From Eledone cirrhosa (lineage: Eukaryota), in assembly GCA_964016885.1 (NCBI GenBank), contig OZ024747.1, positions 9,052,001-9,116,000 of the forward strand: 64,000 nucleotides of DNA. The letters run 5' to 3'. This document shows positions 14,290 through 27,184 of the stretch, in pieces (position 1 is the first letter of the stretch; every line of letters starts with the position of its first letter). The translations under genes and the position numbers were made by a program. The notes beneath the pieces were generated by a model. The model did no database searches, was not told the DNA's origin, and saw only the letters and a list, made by a program, of their open reading frames with translations.

Positions 14290-14580
14290 GAAATACAAGG
14301 CAAACTAACTTTGTCACTTTATGGTGTTCGAGATATTTGGGGGAGCTGTGTAGCTGACATCGAATATCCTGTCATTGTTGGCGGCTCGCCTTGCCGAGGT
14401 ATCAGGTGATGCTAGCGAAAGTGCTTGGTTACTCCAGCGCCCTAGTCTCACTATCCCCCGCGACAACGCTGCGAGTGTGTTGTCTTGCTTGAAAAAATTA
14501 TTAGAGGGAAGCTTGTGGTATCTGATTGAGTGTGTAGGTCTTCTCTTTCATTTATTATCCCCCTTTTTTCTGGGACCCTA
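14290..14580 (+). mobile_element. CRE-clade-like RLE retrotransposon 3' end
   Basis: FEIFGG...LAARLAEVSGDASESAWLLQRPSLTIPRDNAASVL resembles the GDxRE..LxQRLSLAIxRGNAAx(I/V)L end. Confidence 0.7.
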
Positions 14581-14704
14581 TATATGATGACAGATGACCT
14601 ACCACTGACTCACTCGTCAACACCGAGAGAGAGGCCTGTTAGTACACTATTTAATACCCTTCGCAGCCAGCGGCTCCGATTGTGAGCACAATATATGCAT
14701 CATT

Positions 14705-14820
14705 ATTCAAATCCCGTCGAGGTTAACTTTGCCTTTCATCCTTACGGGGTCGATAAAATAAAGTACCAGTAATGCACTATGATAATTGCTGGCCTTGTGC
14801 AAAAAGTAGAAACAATTATT
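14705..14820 (+). mobile_element. 5'-truncated SINE, same family; a similar copy lies at 15430-15545
   Basis: TTCAAATCCCG...core...AGTAGAAACAATTATT. Confidence 0.85.
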
Positions 14821-14975
14821 TAATGTGTGTGTTGCTTATGTATATTAAGTTAATGTTTTAACCTTTTATGTACACTAGTATTTAAAACATACTTCAGAGT
14901 ATGTGTGTGTATATATATAGATGTAAAAAATGGGGAGATAAAATAGATAGAAAGTTACCTGATTTTACTTCAATG

Positions 14976-15051
14976 TCCCAACTGCAGTTTCACCGAGTCG
15001 TGTGCAGCTATGGTGCATCTATAGCTGTGAGGCCAACGGCTTTTCAAGAGA
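14976..15051 (-). ncRNA. Degenerate hammerhead-like motif with long stem II
   Basis: Minus strand TCTC-TTGAAAA-GCCG...CAGCTAT/ATAGCTG...CGGT-GAAACTGCAGTT-GGGA; perfect palindromic stem III, mutated core. Confidence 0.5.
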
Positions 15052-16300
15052 TCACCATATATATAATATATGTATACTAGCATAATACCTATAAAAAATG
15101 ATGGGTTTTATTATAAAAACATATTTAATTTAATAATTCCTTGATTACAACATTCTATGTAAATATGCCTGGAGATTCAGCTGGACCAGTTGGAGACGGT
15201 TGCTTCTGACAAGACCCACTGGAAGGAGTGTCTTGGGACTCTGTCCCCACAACCTTTGCAGGAATAAGTGGGCGAAGAAGAAGGGTCTTTGATAGTGAAA
15301 AGGTTGGGAACCACTGTTTTAGGCATACATTATCCAACGTGTGTGTGCATATATTTAAGACAGATTATGATTTGGGGAATATTGGGCTGCTATTTCTAGC
15401 AAGACGATCGACTGCAGTTGTGATGACTTATTCAAATCCCGCCGAGGTTAACTTTGCCTTTCATCCTTACAGGGTCGATAAAATAAACTACCAGTAATGT
15501 ACTGGGTATTTGCTGGCCTTGTGCCTAAAGTAGAAACAGTTATATATAATCGTAAATGTTGCTTTTTGGAAGTTTTTTTTTAAGCAAGAGTCTTTACTCT
15601 ATATATGGGCTGATGCTTCCACTAGTACTAATGCACCTAGTTATTTAAATAAAATCTTTATAGAGACTATTTTAATTAGTCTGTTGTTAATTAATGATGT
15701 TATCAGTTACACCATCACCCATCAAGACTCAATAACAATTATTACAATCATGATGATTATTATTATTGTTGTTGTTGTTATCATTATAAATGAAGAAATA
15801 AAGAAACTATTATTATTATGATAAGATAGAATGTCACCACTATCCTAGTTGTAGAGAAAGATTATCTTAGCTATCTACTCATTATACTTAATTTACTAGC
15901 TGTTCACTTTAGAAGTATCTATTATTTATGTTTAAAATCATCATCATTTGTTATATAACGAAATTAGTGTTAACTTTGACCTGTATATCTGCATATTACA
16001 CCCATATGACTCCATCAGTAGTTAAGAGTACATAGATAGATGGAACCTATTAATATGACATACCTTTCAGAAGCCTGTACCAATTAAACCAAAGTTAGAA
16101 TGGTTATTAATCATTCTTTAAATCTCCAAAGTGAAACAAAGCTACTATATTACCAACTACCTCTAGTTTTAAACCATCATAAGTCTAACAGTAGGTTAAA
16201 TGGTTAAGCCATTTGATACCAAACTGCCTGAAACTCTGTCATTCTACAATATAAAACTGTTTATTTTAAAGTGTTTATATTTATCTAAAAACCATCTAAC

Positions 16301-16513
16301 ATAATTTAGGCACAAGACCAAACATTTTAGAGGAGGGGAAAAGTTGATTAAATTGACTCTAGTGCGTTACTGGTACTTTCTTTTATCGACCTCATAAGGA
16401 TGAAAGGCAAAGCTAACCTTGGCAGGATATAAACTCAGAATGTAAAGAGACGTAACTATATGCCACAAATTATGTTGTCAGATGCTCTACCAATACTGCC
16501 AATCCACTACCCT
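16301..16513 (-). mobile_element. SINE, same family, inside a TTAA MITE
   Basis: Reverse complement of the core (CTGGTACTT...TTTATCGAC...AGGATGAAAGGCAAAG). Confidence 0.8.
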
Positions 16514-17988
16514 CTTGTAACATAATTTAATACAAAAGCATTTGTTATGTTCCAAACACCAGCTTAATAATGAGAACATTAGTTATATTAGTGAATCGCT
16601 TCAAATTCTTGATTAGTTTTTAAATTAATTGGAAATCATAGACAGTTTCTTTCATTATAAATATGTGAATGAAAAGGTTAACAAAGCTGGAATAATGGAG
16701 TGTGTTGCAGCAATATCCAGTTATATTTGATAAGATAAAGTTATAAGAGCTATTATTAACCACAACTGTTTTGTTATTGTTAACTCTTAAAATATCTAAA
16801 AATAAGTTTGTCAATTGAAGTGTTTATACTAGTGGACAGATTGTTGTGAAAATCTATTGTAAACTAAAGACTTTTTTATGTGATCCAGTGATGGTGCTGT
16901 TTGCTTCTTTTCAAATTTGCCTTTCTAATGCATTTCGTGCATGGCTAAGTGTTGGACTCGTGATCATAACATCATGGGTTGAATTCCTGGAACAGGCTGC
17001 ATGTCGTGTTCTTGAGCAAGATGCTTCATTTTACATTGTATCTTGTTAGAGTATTGAGACATCTATCATTAAAACACCCAAGAGATTGTTTATGAAACAC
17101 AACCTAATGGGAGGTTAACTAAACATGTATAAGTGTGAGCTGTAAACTACATGTGCAGTCTTATGCTCTAAAGGATGTTAAGAGTTGATAGCTCTTATAA
17201 ATTTGCCTTATTCTTAATTTTTTTATCGAATTTGTTTTTTATTCTAAGTTTATTTTTTAATTTTATATTTTTAGATCTGTTGGTGAAGAGATGAGACCAA
17301 ACAACCAACTGCTGTTTTGACAAGAATTCCTCTTGAAAGATAATTTCTCTTTATATAAATACACACATATATCCACTTAAAATTATTTGGTGGACTTGCA
17401 GAAAATACAAAAAATTGGTATGATTTTACCGTATACTGCTATGTCTTTGAAAACTAATGCTGTTAAGAAAAGAAGAAAGACATTACCAAAGTTTTTTGCC
17501 TTCAAATTTTACCCAAGTGATGTATCACTGGATAAATGAATGACCATGGAGGAGTCCTACCAGGGAGTTTAACTAGCCTTTTAATTCTTGCTGTGTCTTG
17601 AAAACAAATTTCATTACATTTTTATTTTCAAATGGGACGAACAGTTGTAAGCATTAGTCTTGAAATATTTTTGGTTGAAAAAGTATAAACAAGATTTTGG
17701 AGAATCTTAATTCAAAGGATGAAGTTATTAAGAAAATGAATTGGATTTATAAGTAAATATTAGAAATATATATATATATATATACATACATACACACACA
17801 CACACACTTGTATAGACATACATGTGTATGTGTAAACATATATATGAATATATGTATATTTATGTGTGTGAAAAGAGAAAGGACAATCTACTAACAGTTA
17901 ATCATATATAGTAGTATTTTTTTTAAATACAAATTATTAGTAACTGTCAATAGTTCTTATTTGCTTTAAAATTTAAGCATTAAAAATT

Positions 17989-19479
17989 ATGGATAAAAAC
18001 CTGTCACCAAAACCATTTCCTTGTGACTTGTGTGGAGAGAGTTTTTCACGCCGCAGTACTATGCTGCAACATAAACGCACTCACACTGGTGAAAAACCTT
18101 TCCATTGTGAAATCTGTTCAAAAGGATTTACACGACCATACACCCTTCAAAAACATCGTCGCTGCCACACGGGCGAAAAGCCATTTTCCTGTGACATTTG
18201 TGGTCGTAATTTTTCTCGCAGCAGTACTTTGCATGAACACAAGAGAACACATGCCGGTGACAAACCGTTCCAATGTGATATTTGTAGGGACAACTTTTCA
18301 CGACGGAGCACGTTACTTCAACACCACCGCACGCATTCTGGTGAGAAACCATTTCCCTGCGACGTTTGTGGGAAGAAGTTCACGCGTCGATATACTTTGC
18401 AGAAGCATGCAAGAGATCACACACGTGAAGCTCCATATCATTGTGAAATATGCGGGTGTCGATTCGCTCGGCCATTCGCTCTTCAGAAACATCGCCGCTC
18501 ACATACAGGCGAGAAACGATTCCATTGTGATGTATGTGGGGAGAGTTTTTCTCGGAGAAGCAACTTGCATGTTCACCAAAGGACCCACACTGGAGAGAAG
18601 CCATTCAGTTGTTCGTTGTGTGGTAAAAGCTTTTCTCGTAGAAGCAATCTACAAGTGCACATACGCAGTCACTCAGGTATTAAACCATACTGTTGTGAGT
18701 ACTGCAGTAAACGGTTTGTTCGAAGTGGCACTCTCTTAGAACATAAACGCATTCACACAGGAGAGAAAGCTTCATTCCAAAACTTTAATCCACCTCCTCC
18801 TCCTCCTCAAGTTGCCATCAATACAACTACTGTTGTTAGCCACAACAACAATGCTGACAAGAACAATAGTTGTGTAATGAAAAGTTCAATTGATGACAGC
18901 CACAAAGAATTTGTTTTCAACACTAACAGCAGCAACAACAACAATAATGATGTTACCATGGGAAACGGCAAACAGTTTGCCTACAACATTATTACAGCTG
19001 CTGCTAACAACACTTTTCAGAATGCTAATGGAGATGACAACTCTCATAACGAGGCAATTATTGCAACAGATAACAATATGCAATTCAATCAACAAAGGCT
19101 AACTACCACTACAACTGATGGGTCTATGTTGCACTGTAGCAACTGTGGAAAGCCGTACGCCCAGTGTTGCCATGTGCAGCACCAGCAGTTATTGCTGCAA
19201 AGGGGAGCAACCTATTTACAGTCGCAAGCCAGGACCCGGTTATCAGCTTTGGTGACAGCCAGAAAATGGCTTGAACCTCCGACTGTGATAGTAGCTGCTT
19301 CTACCACTGCAAACCAGACCCCTATGCCCCCTAATGCTGCAGCTACAGCTATAGCTTATTCAGAACCTTCCAAAACAGGCCTTCAACAAAATCTCGCTGC
19401 AGAGAGCCTGCCACCTACAGCTTGTAATACATTGGTAGTTGTACAACCACCAACTGCTTGCCCCATTATGGAAACCTGA
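17989..19479 (+). CDS. C2H2 zinc-finger protein, 496 aa: 9 tandem fingers, then an Asn/Pro/Thr-rich low-complexity tail with one degenerate finger
   Basis: Uninterrupted ORF with nine C-X2-C-X12-H-X3-H units and TGEKP-type linkers; candidate upstream acceptor ttttag at 17274. Confidence 0.95.
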   Translation: MDKNLSPKPFPCDLCGESFSRRSTMLQHKRTHTGEKPFHCEICSKGFTRPYTLQKHRRCHTGEKPFSCDICGRNFSRSSTLHEHKRTHAGDKPFQCDICRDNFSRRSTLLQHHRTHSGEKPFPCDVCGKKFTRRYTLQKHARDHTREAPYHCEICGCRFARPFALQKHRRSHTGEKRFHCDVCGESFSRRSNLHVHQRTHTGEKPFSCSLCGKSFSRRSNLQVHIRSHSGIKPYCCEYCSKRFVRSGTLLEHKRIHTGEKASFQNFNPPPPPPQVAINTTTVVSHNNNADKNNSCVMKSSIDDSHKEFVFNTNSSNNNNNDVTMGNGKQFAYNIITAAANNTFQNANGDDNSHNEAIIATDNNMQFNQQRLTTTTTDGSMLHCSNCGKPYAQCCHVQHQQLLLQRGATYLQSQARTRLSALVTARKWLEPPTVIVAASTTANQTPMPPNAAATAIAYSEPSKTGLQQNLAAESLPPTACNTLVVVQPPTACPIMET

Positions 19480-20002
19480 ATGTTCCACAGCTCAACTGAA
19501 CTGAACTGCTCTGAGCCTCTCTGAAACTTGGTGAGATAGATAGATATCCACCAACTTGTAAAGTTGGTAAATATTATATGCAAATACAGCGATGATAGAC
19601 AATCTCATGTTCTAAATTGTTAAAAATATTCCAGTAATGAAGAAAGAAAAAAAGAAAAAAAAATCAAATGAAAGTTTTAACAAGGACAAAAACCAATGGG
19701 TGACTGTTTTTCTTCTTCAAGTTATAATTGAAGTTGTATTTGGCTAATCTATTTTTGTTTCAACTTTATAATAATAATTATTATTTATAATTATAATAAT
19801 AATTATTATTATTATTATTACTTGTTTTGATTTGCATATGAAAAGAAGGGTTTTCTATTTAGATACACTTATAATTTCCACTTGTTATACACATCAACCT
19901 CTCACCCAACTTATACACACACACACTATATATATATGTATGTATGTGTGTATATCCCTTTCCATTTCCCAAGATATGTGTACGTCTGTTTGGCCATTCA
20001 TT

Positions 20003-20153
20003 TGTTACACCTGGCACCTATACATGTGCATGCTCTGACACTGTTGCATGTGTGTACATACATACAGCGTACTATTGCACATGTTACACCTGGCACCTAT
20101 ACATGTGCATGCTCTGACACTGTTGCATGTGTGCACATACGTACAGCATACTG
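20003..20153. repeat. 79-bp tandem duplication downstream of the first ZNF CDS
   Basis: GTTACACCTGGCACCTATACATGTGCATGCTCTGACACTGTTGCATG at 20004 and 20083. Confidence 0.9.
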
Positions 20154-21229
20154 CTGGACGTGGGAAGCTCTGCCACTGGTTACATGTTTGCATTACACTT
20201 CTTGTATGCACAGCTCTACTAGCACACACATCTATCTATCTATATATTTATATATATGTATATATGTGTATGTATTTATATTTATATATGCACATAACAT
20301 ATATGTATATATAAGTATTTATATTAATATGTACACATAACATATATATATATATATAAAATATTTATATATATACATAGCATATATATATATATATATA
20401 TATTATTTATATATACACATAACATACGTATGTATATATATATATAAATATATATATATATATTTATACGTAATACAATTTTTATTGATGGTGGCTGGTT
20501 ACTTCAAAGATTCCCTGAGATTATTGACTGTTTTGATGAGTCAGTAATGTTGATGAAGCTTTGAAGTAAACCATCACCCTTTATACCAATTATATGTATG
20601 TGTGTATGTTGCTTCTATACACAGTGCATGTTTAAGGTGGTTATAATATATAAACACATACAACAACCAGTTATGTCTTAGGATTTCACAAAGTCTTGTT
20701 TCTCCATTGTAAGTGCATTCGAAATATATTTTTTCGTTTTCTCTCTCTTTGCACTTCAACCTTTTACTTTGTGATATTAATATTTTGGTAGGCATGGTGA
20801 GTATATTATGTCTACAGATACTTAGGTTGTTTATATCCCATTAGTTTCACTACTTTCCCTATTATCTCCTCTCTCTCTCTCTCTCTCTCCTATCTCACCT
20901 TTCTACATATTTCTTTCTTCCTCATACACTCTAATCTAACAAAACATATTTCAGAGTGTGTGTGTGTGTGTGTATTACCATCTCCAAATTGAATTTAAAT
21001 TTTTTAAACATTTTCCTTAAAGAAAATCAAAATAATGTCCACTTTTGATTGGTTGTTGATGAATTTTGTTTCAGTTTTGTATTGGTCTGGCTTAGGAGAT
21101 GTCAACATTTCTTTGTGGTGTTAAATCTTAAAAGCAATTGTGCTGATATGATATTAGCACACACATGTGTGTGTATGTGTATATATGTATGAATATATAT
21201 ATATATATATATACACACACATGCGTATA

Positions 21230-21274
<45 letters not shown>

Positions 21275-22130
21275 GTACATGCATACATATATTAAAACTT
21301 ATCAAAACCAAACTCATTCTGAATAATAACATTGAATAATCCACTACTCTAATAGTTTCTTGGGAAATCACACACTCATGCACACCCACCCCACAGAATG
21401 TGCCTCAAGTGCTGATCAGAGAAACATGGTGTCCTATTTAAACTATTATTTGCAGTGGCTTGCCATTACCCATTCATGTTGTCCTTGTTTAGGTAGCAAC
21501 CCAGGTCAGCTCTGATCAAATAGATCTATAATCAAAGGCACGCTGGTATTTCAGTCATAATCCTCCTCTCTCTTTCTATATTTCGGTCTACAATTGTTTC
21601 TTTGTTTATTTTTTGTTTTTTTTTAAGATGGTAGATTGTATTTGAGGTTTTTTTTGCTGTTATTTTTAGCAAGTCAAGCGACTACATAGAGGCTCCTTCA
21701 CTGGTCCATCTCTTGTAAATGTGATAGATATTCTGGAAGTGAATATTAGATGAGTTGTATTGCACATTCATGCAACATAGGATGTGGGTTGTGAATATGA
21801 TTAGGGCTTTGTATTTGGAGAGTTCATCTCCAAGGAGCAAGCAACCCTGGCAAAATGCTTTGTGGAAGATCAGCAGTCTCCACTTGCTGTGCCACAAATG
21901 TTGTCTAAGGCAAAGGCTGATACAGCTTTCTGGAACAGTGTTAAATAAAGTGTTACTGAAGGGAAACCACCTGATTCACAAATTGAATTCATGATCTTGT
22001 AATCATGAGCTGAACACCCTAACCACTAAGCCATGAGCCTTCATATATATATAACGAAGGAAGTGTGGTAAGTAACCAGGTGGAGCATAACGCACCAGAG
22101 TACTTGATACTTTGGGTAGTAGAGTGGGTG

Positions 22131-22259
22131 ATAGGAAAAGAGTCATGACCCCGACGGCAGAGCTCAAGCCATTTTGACAGCTATTTCTGGACTACAGTCC
22201 AGAAATAGCCGTCGACAACGGATTGAGCTCTGCCTTTGGGGTCATGACTCTTTTCCTAT
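22131..22259. repeat. ~130-bp palindromic (fold-back) element next to a TA repeat
   Basis: ATAGGAAAAGAGTCATGACCCC...GGGGTCATGACTCTTTTCCTAT, with inner arms GGCAGAGCTCAA/TTGAGCTCTGCC and GCTATTTCTGGACT/AGTCCAGAAATAGC. Confidence 0.9.
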
Positions 22260-23257
22260 ATATATATATACACACACACATGGATGTGTGTGTGTAACAC
22301 TTGGTATTACTGGGACGTATTACATTGTATTGGAGGTTAAATCTGTTGAAAGTCTAAAATGCACTCCTACATTGGTTAGGATGTAATGTTGGGGGAATTT
22401 TACTGTCTGTGTGAAAGCTTTTGAGACCAATACTATAAACTAATGAAACACTGGACAGTTTTACAGTAGTATTCAGCCCAGTTTACTGCCTTACAACAAG
22501 GAATGATGCCTCCCTGAATTATCTATTCAACTACTAGATGGGTTAGACCAGCAGTAGTTATGTATCTTGACCATGGCATAAGGCTGGTTGATTTACTTTA
22601 CTAGCTCAAAATGACAATATAGGTATATTTATATATGTTTGTTTTGTGGGATAGAACAATACTGTTAACCCTTTCATTGCCATATTTCTAATGACAGACA
22701 CTGCCTATGATTTTCAAATAATTTTTTAAATAATCAAGAATTTGGAGGGATTTAATAATATAAATAACTTTTTTATAAAGCTCATATTTAGAACATAACT
22801 TGACACAATTACAATGGAAGGTTTTTTAAATAAATATGTTTTTTAAATATAGGTTTTTTAAATAAATGTTTAAAAATAAAATAAACATAGAGCTGAGGGT
22901 GGCTTTGGGTAGTTTGGTACAAAAGGAATTAATTTTGTGAGGCCTAGTTTACCTATTTGCCATGAATGGGCTCCAAAGTATTTGAGTATTTCACTTGTGA
23001 TAGGCTGTTACTCTATGTGGAGATTGATGTCATCTGCTTAACTCTCTGTACTCTGACCCTTACCATTTGTGTGGTCTCCGACCCTGGGTGTATGCATGAA
23101 AATCACTGATAAAAATATTTGTCTATTAAAGCAGAAAAAAAAAAAAGATAATGAGAGTTTAAACTTCATGAAAATCATGGCAATGCCTCCTTATTGAATA
23201 TCAATTGCTGATTTGTGTAGAAAATAGTTTAAGTCACAGAAGTGTGGGAGAATGGAA

Positions 23258-25896
23258 TACTGAACTGGTGGGATATAGTCACATATTGTTGGTACTGAAC
23301 TGGTGGGATATAGTCACATATTGTTGGTACTGGAGGGGGGGGATATAGTCACATTGTTGGTATTGGGGTGGTGGGATATAGTCACATTGTTGGTACTGAA
23401 CTGGTGGGATATAGTCACATATTGTTGGTACTGGGGTGGTGGGATATAGTCACATATTGTTGGTACTGGGGTGGTGGGATATAGTCACATATTGTTGGTA
23501 CTGGGGTGGTGGGATATAGTCACATTGTTGGTACTGGGGTGGTGGGATATAGTCACACATTGTTGGTACTGAACTGGTGGGATATAGTCACATATTGTTG
23601 GTACTGGGGTGGTGGGATATAGTCACACATTGTTGGTACTGGGATGGTGGGATATAGTCACATTGTGGGTACTGGGGTGGTGGGATATAGTCACATATTG
23701 TTGGTACTGGGGTGGTGGGATATAGTCACACATTGTTGGTACTGGGGTGGTGGGATATAGTCACATATTGTTGGTACTGGGGTGGTGGGATATAGTCACA
23801 CATTGTTGGTACTGAACTGGTGGGATATAGTCACATTGTGGGTACTGGGGTGGTGGGATATAGTCACATTGTTGGTACTGGGATGGTGGGATATAGTCAC
23901 ATTGTGGGTACTGGGGTGGTGGGATATAGTCACACATTGGTACTGGGATGGTGGGATATAGTCACACATTGGTACTGGGATGGTGGGATATAGTCACATA
24001 TTGTTGGTACTGGGATGGTGGGATATAGTCACACATTGGTACTGGGATGGTGGGATATAGTCACACATTGGTACTGGGATGGTGGGATATAGTCACATAT
24101 TGTTGGTACTGGGATGGTGGGATATAGTCACACATTGGTACTGGGATGGTGGGATATAGTCACACATTGGTACTGGGATGGTGGGATATAGTCACATATT
24201 GTTGGTACTGGGATGGTGGGATATAGTCACACATTGGTACTGGGATGGTGGGATATAGTCACACATTGGTACTGGGATGGTGGGATATAGTCACATATTG
24301 TTGGTACTGGGATGGTGGGATATAGTCACACATTGGTACTGGGATGGTGGGATATAGTCACACATTGGTACTGGGATGGTGGGATATAGTCACATTGTGG
24401 GTACTGGGGTGGTGGGATATAGTCACATTGTTGGTACTGGGATGGTGGGATATAGTCACACATTGGTACTGGGATGGTGGGATATAGTCACATATTGTTG
24501 GTACTGGGATGGTGGGATATAGTCACACATTGGTACTGGGATGGTGGGATATAGTCACACATTGGTACTGGGATGGTGGGATATAGTCACATATTGTTGG
24601 TACTGGGATGGTGGGATATAGTCACACATTGGTACTGGGATGGTGGGATATAGTCACACATTGGTACTGGGATGGTGGGATATAGTCACACATTGGTACT
24701 GGGATGGTGGGATATAGTCACATTGTGGGTACTGGGGTGGTGGGATATAGTCACATTGTTGGTACTGGGATGGTGGGATATAGTCACACATTGGTACTGG
24801 GATGGTGGGATATAGTCACATATTGTTGGTACTGGGATGGTGGGATATAGTCACACATTGGTACTGGGATGGTGGGATATAGTCACACATTGGTACTGGG
24901 ATGGTGGGATATAGTCACATATTGTTGGTACTGGGATGGTGGGATATAGTCACACATTGGTACTGGGATGGTGGGATATAGTCACACATTGGTACTGGGA
25001 TGGTGGGATATAGTCACATATTGTTGGTACTGGGATGGTGGGATATAGTCACACATTGGTACTGGGATGGTGGGATATAGTCACACATTGGTACTGGGAT
25101 GGTGGGATATAGTCACATATTGTTGGTACTGGGATGGTGGGATATAGTCACACATTGGTACTGGGATGGTGGGATATAGTCACATTGTGGGTACTGGGGT
25201 GGTGGGATATAGTCACATTGTTGGTACTGGGATGGTGGGATATAGTCACATTGTGGGTACTGGGGTGGTGGGATATAGTCACACATTGGTACTGGGATGG
25301 TGGGATATAGTCACACATTGGTACTGGGATGGTGGGATATAGTCACATATTGTTGGTACTGGGATGGTGGGATATAGTCACACATTGGTACTGGGATGGT
25401 GGGATATAGTCACACATTGGTACTGGGATGGTGGGATATAGTCACATTGTGGGTACTGGGGTGGTGGGATATAGTCACACATTGGTACTGGGATGGTGGG
25501 ATATAGTCACACATTGGTACTGGGATGGTGGGATATAGTCACATTGTGGGTACTGGGGTGGTGGGATATAGTCACACATTGTTGGTACTGGGATGGTGGG
25601 ATATAGTCACATATTGTTGGTACTGGGGTGGTGGGATATAGTCACATATTGTTGGTACTGGGGTGGTGGGATATAGTCACACATTGTTGGTACTGGGATG
25701 GTGGGATATAGTCACACATTGGTACTGGGATGGTGGGATATAGTCACATTGTGGGTACTGGGGTGGTGGGATATAGTCACATATTGTGGGCACTGGGGTG
25801 GTGGGATATAGTCACACATTGTTGGTACTGGAGTGGTGGGATATAGTCACACATTGGTACTGGGATGGTGGGATATAGTCACATTGTTGGTATTGG
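23258..25896. repeat. G-rich minisatellite, 32-35-bp units, roughly 80 copies
   Basis: GGTACTGGG(A/G)TGGTGGGATATAGTCACA(CA/TA/-)TT(GTT/GTG/-) in tandem for 2.6 kb. Confidence 0.98.
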
Positions 25897-27184
25897 AATA
25901 CTAGACTGACAGAATCAAAGTGTTAATGCCACTGGCTCTTAAATTCCTTTCAGTTTAGTAAATATCTTGTTTGTTTTTAATATCACACAGATTACATGAT
26001 TCAACTCTCTAGTCATCTATCTAGTAGAGCCATTGTTTAGCTATTTTAACACTCATGGCTAACTCTCTCCCAAATAAAATAATTTCAGCTTTTAGTAAAA
26101 TTCAACTTACACTGATAACACTAAGAAAATTACTGAGCAGCACTTTTCACTACTCACCTCCATCAAATCATGTGACAGGTCATAACACCATTCAATCCTC
26201 TCCACCACATTGGATATTTCTTAAATGCTGCTACATGCCAAAGATATTTAGTGATTTATTTATTGATCACAGGAAATTATTATATATTTAATTATAAAAT
26301 TTGTATAAAACTGTGACCCTTTAAGGTTTAGCAATGCACCCAGGTGTCTGCTTTGAAGGCCTTAATGGTAGTATCAGCTCAGTAGGCCAGTAACTCATCA
26401 TATAAAACCACATAACTGGTCAATAATTATCTCCATGCTAGCCATGGAAAACTCTGTGTAATGTGTTTTGTGTAAAATGACCAAGAGAATTGTTATGTTT
26501 GTGTTAAATAATTCACAGCTCAACATGTAATATTTTCTTTCAAATGATTGAAATCAGTAAAAGTTGTCCAAGGTGGTGAAGTCATTAGAACATTGGATAG
26601 AATACTTTGTGGTATTTAATTCAGCTCTCTATCTTATCGAGGTCAACTTTACCTTTCATCCTTTCAGGGTTGATAGACTAAATACCAGTCGAGTACTGGG
26701 GTCAATTCTCCTTTCTCTTTTCCTCTCTCTCTCTCTCTCTCTCTCTTCCTCTCTCTCTCTCTCTCTCTCTCTCTTGGGAAGAAATTGACTATGTTCAGAT
26801 ATGGTGAGGGATAGGCTCTGCCAGGATGCCCCAATACCCCATATGCTAGGTCAGTGCCCTTATGATTCTGTTAAGTGTTCAAGGCCCATGAATGGTTGGG
26901 AAAGATACCCACTAGTTTCTGTTTAAAATATTCAATAATCCAACATATGTAACTACTTTTTATAGTGTTGTTCTGTGAACATTTCTTCAAGCAAAACCTA
27001 CTTTTGACAAATGAGATCCTCTTTTCCTCCCATCCATCAAAGCAACAACAGATGAGATATTTCAGTATACAGTATAGTTTCCAGCTGTTTGTACTTCCAT
27101 GACATATGAAGCCTGAAGTATTGTTATGTAGCAACTTATGGTTTCTTGTTGCCCCCCTCCCAATCAGCCTCAAAATCTCTAGAG

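Noticed and set aside
18023-18739. 238-aa overlapping ORF in another frame
   Set aside because: Shadow frame of the repetitive zinc-finger CDS with no recognisable domain
23258-25896. CRISPR-like array
   Set aside because: Units are contiguous with only a few variable bases, there are no unique spacers or cas genes, and the context is eukaryotic; it is a minisatellite
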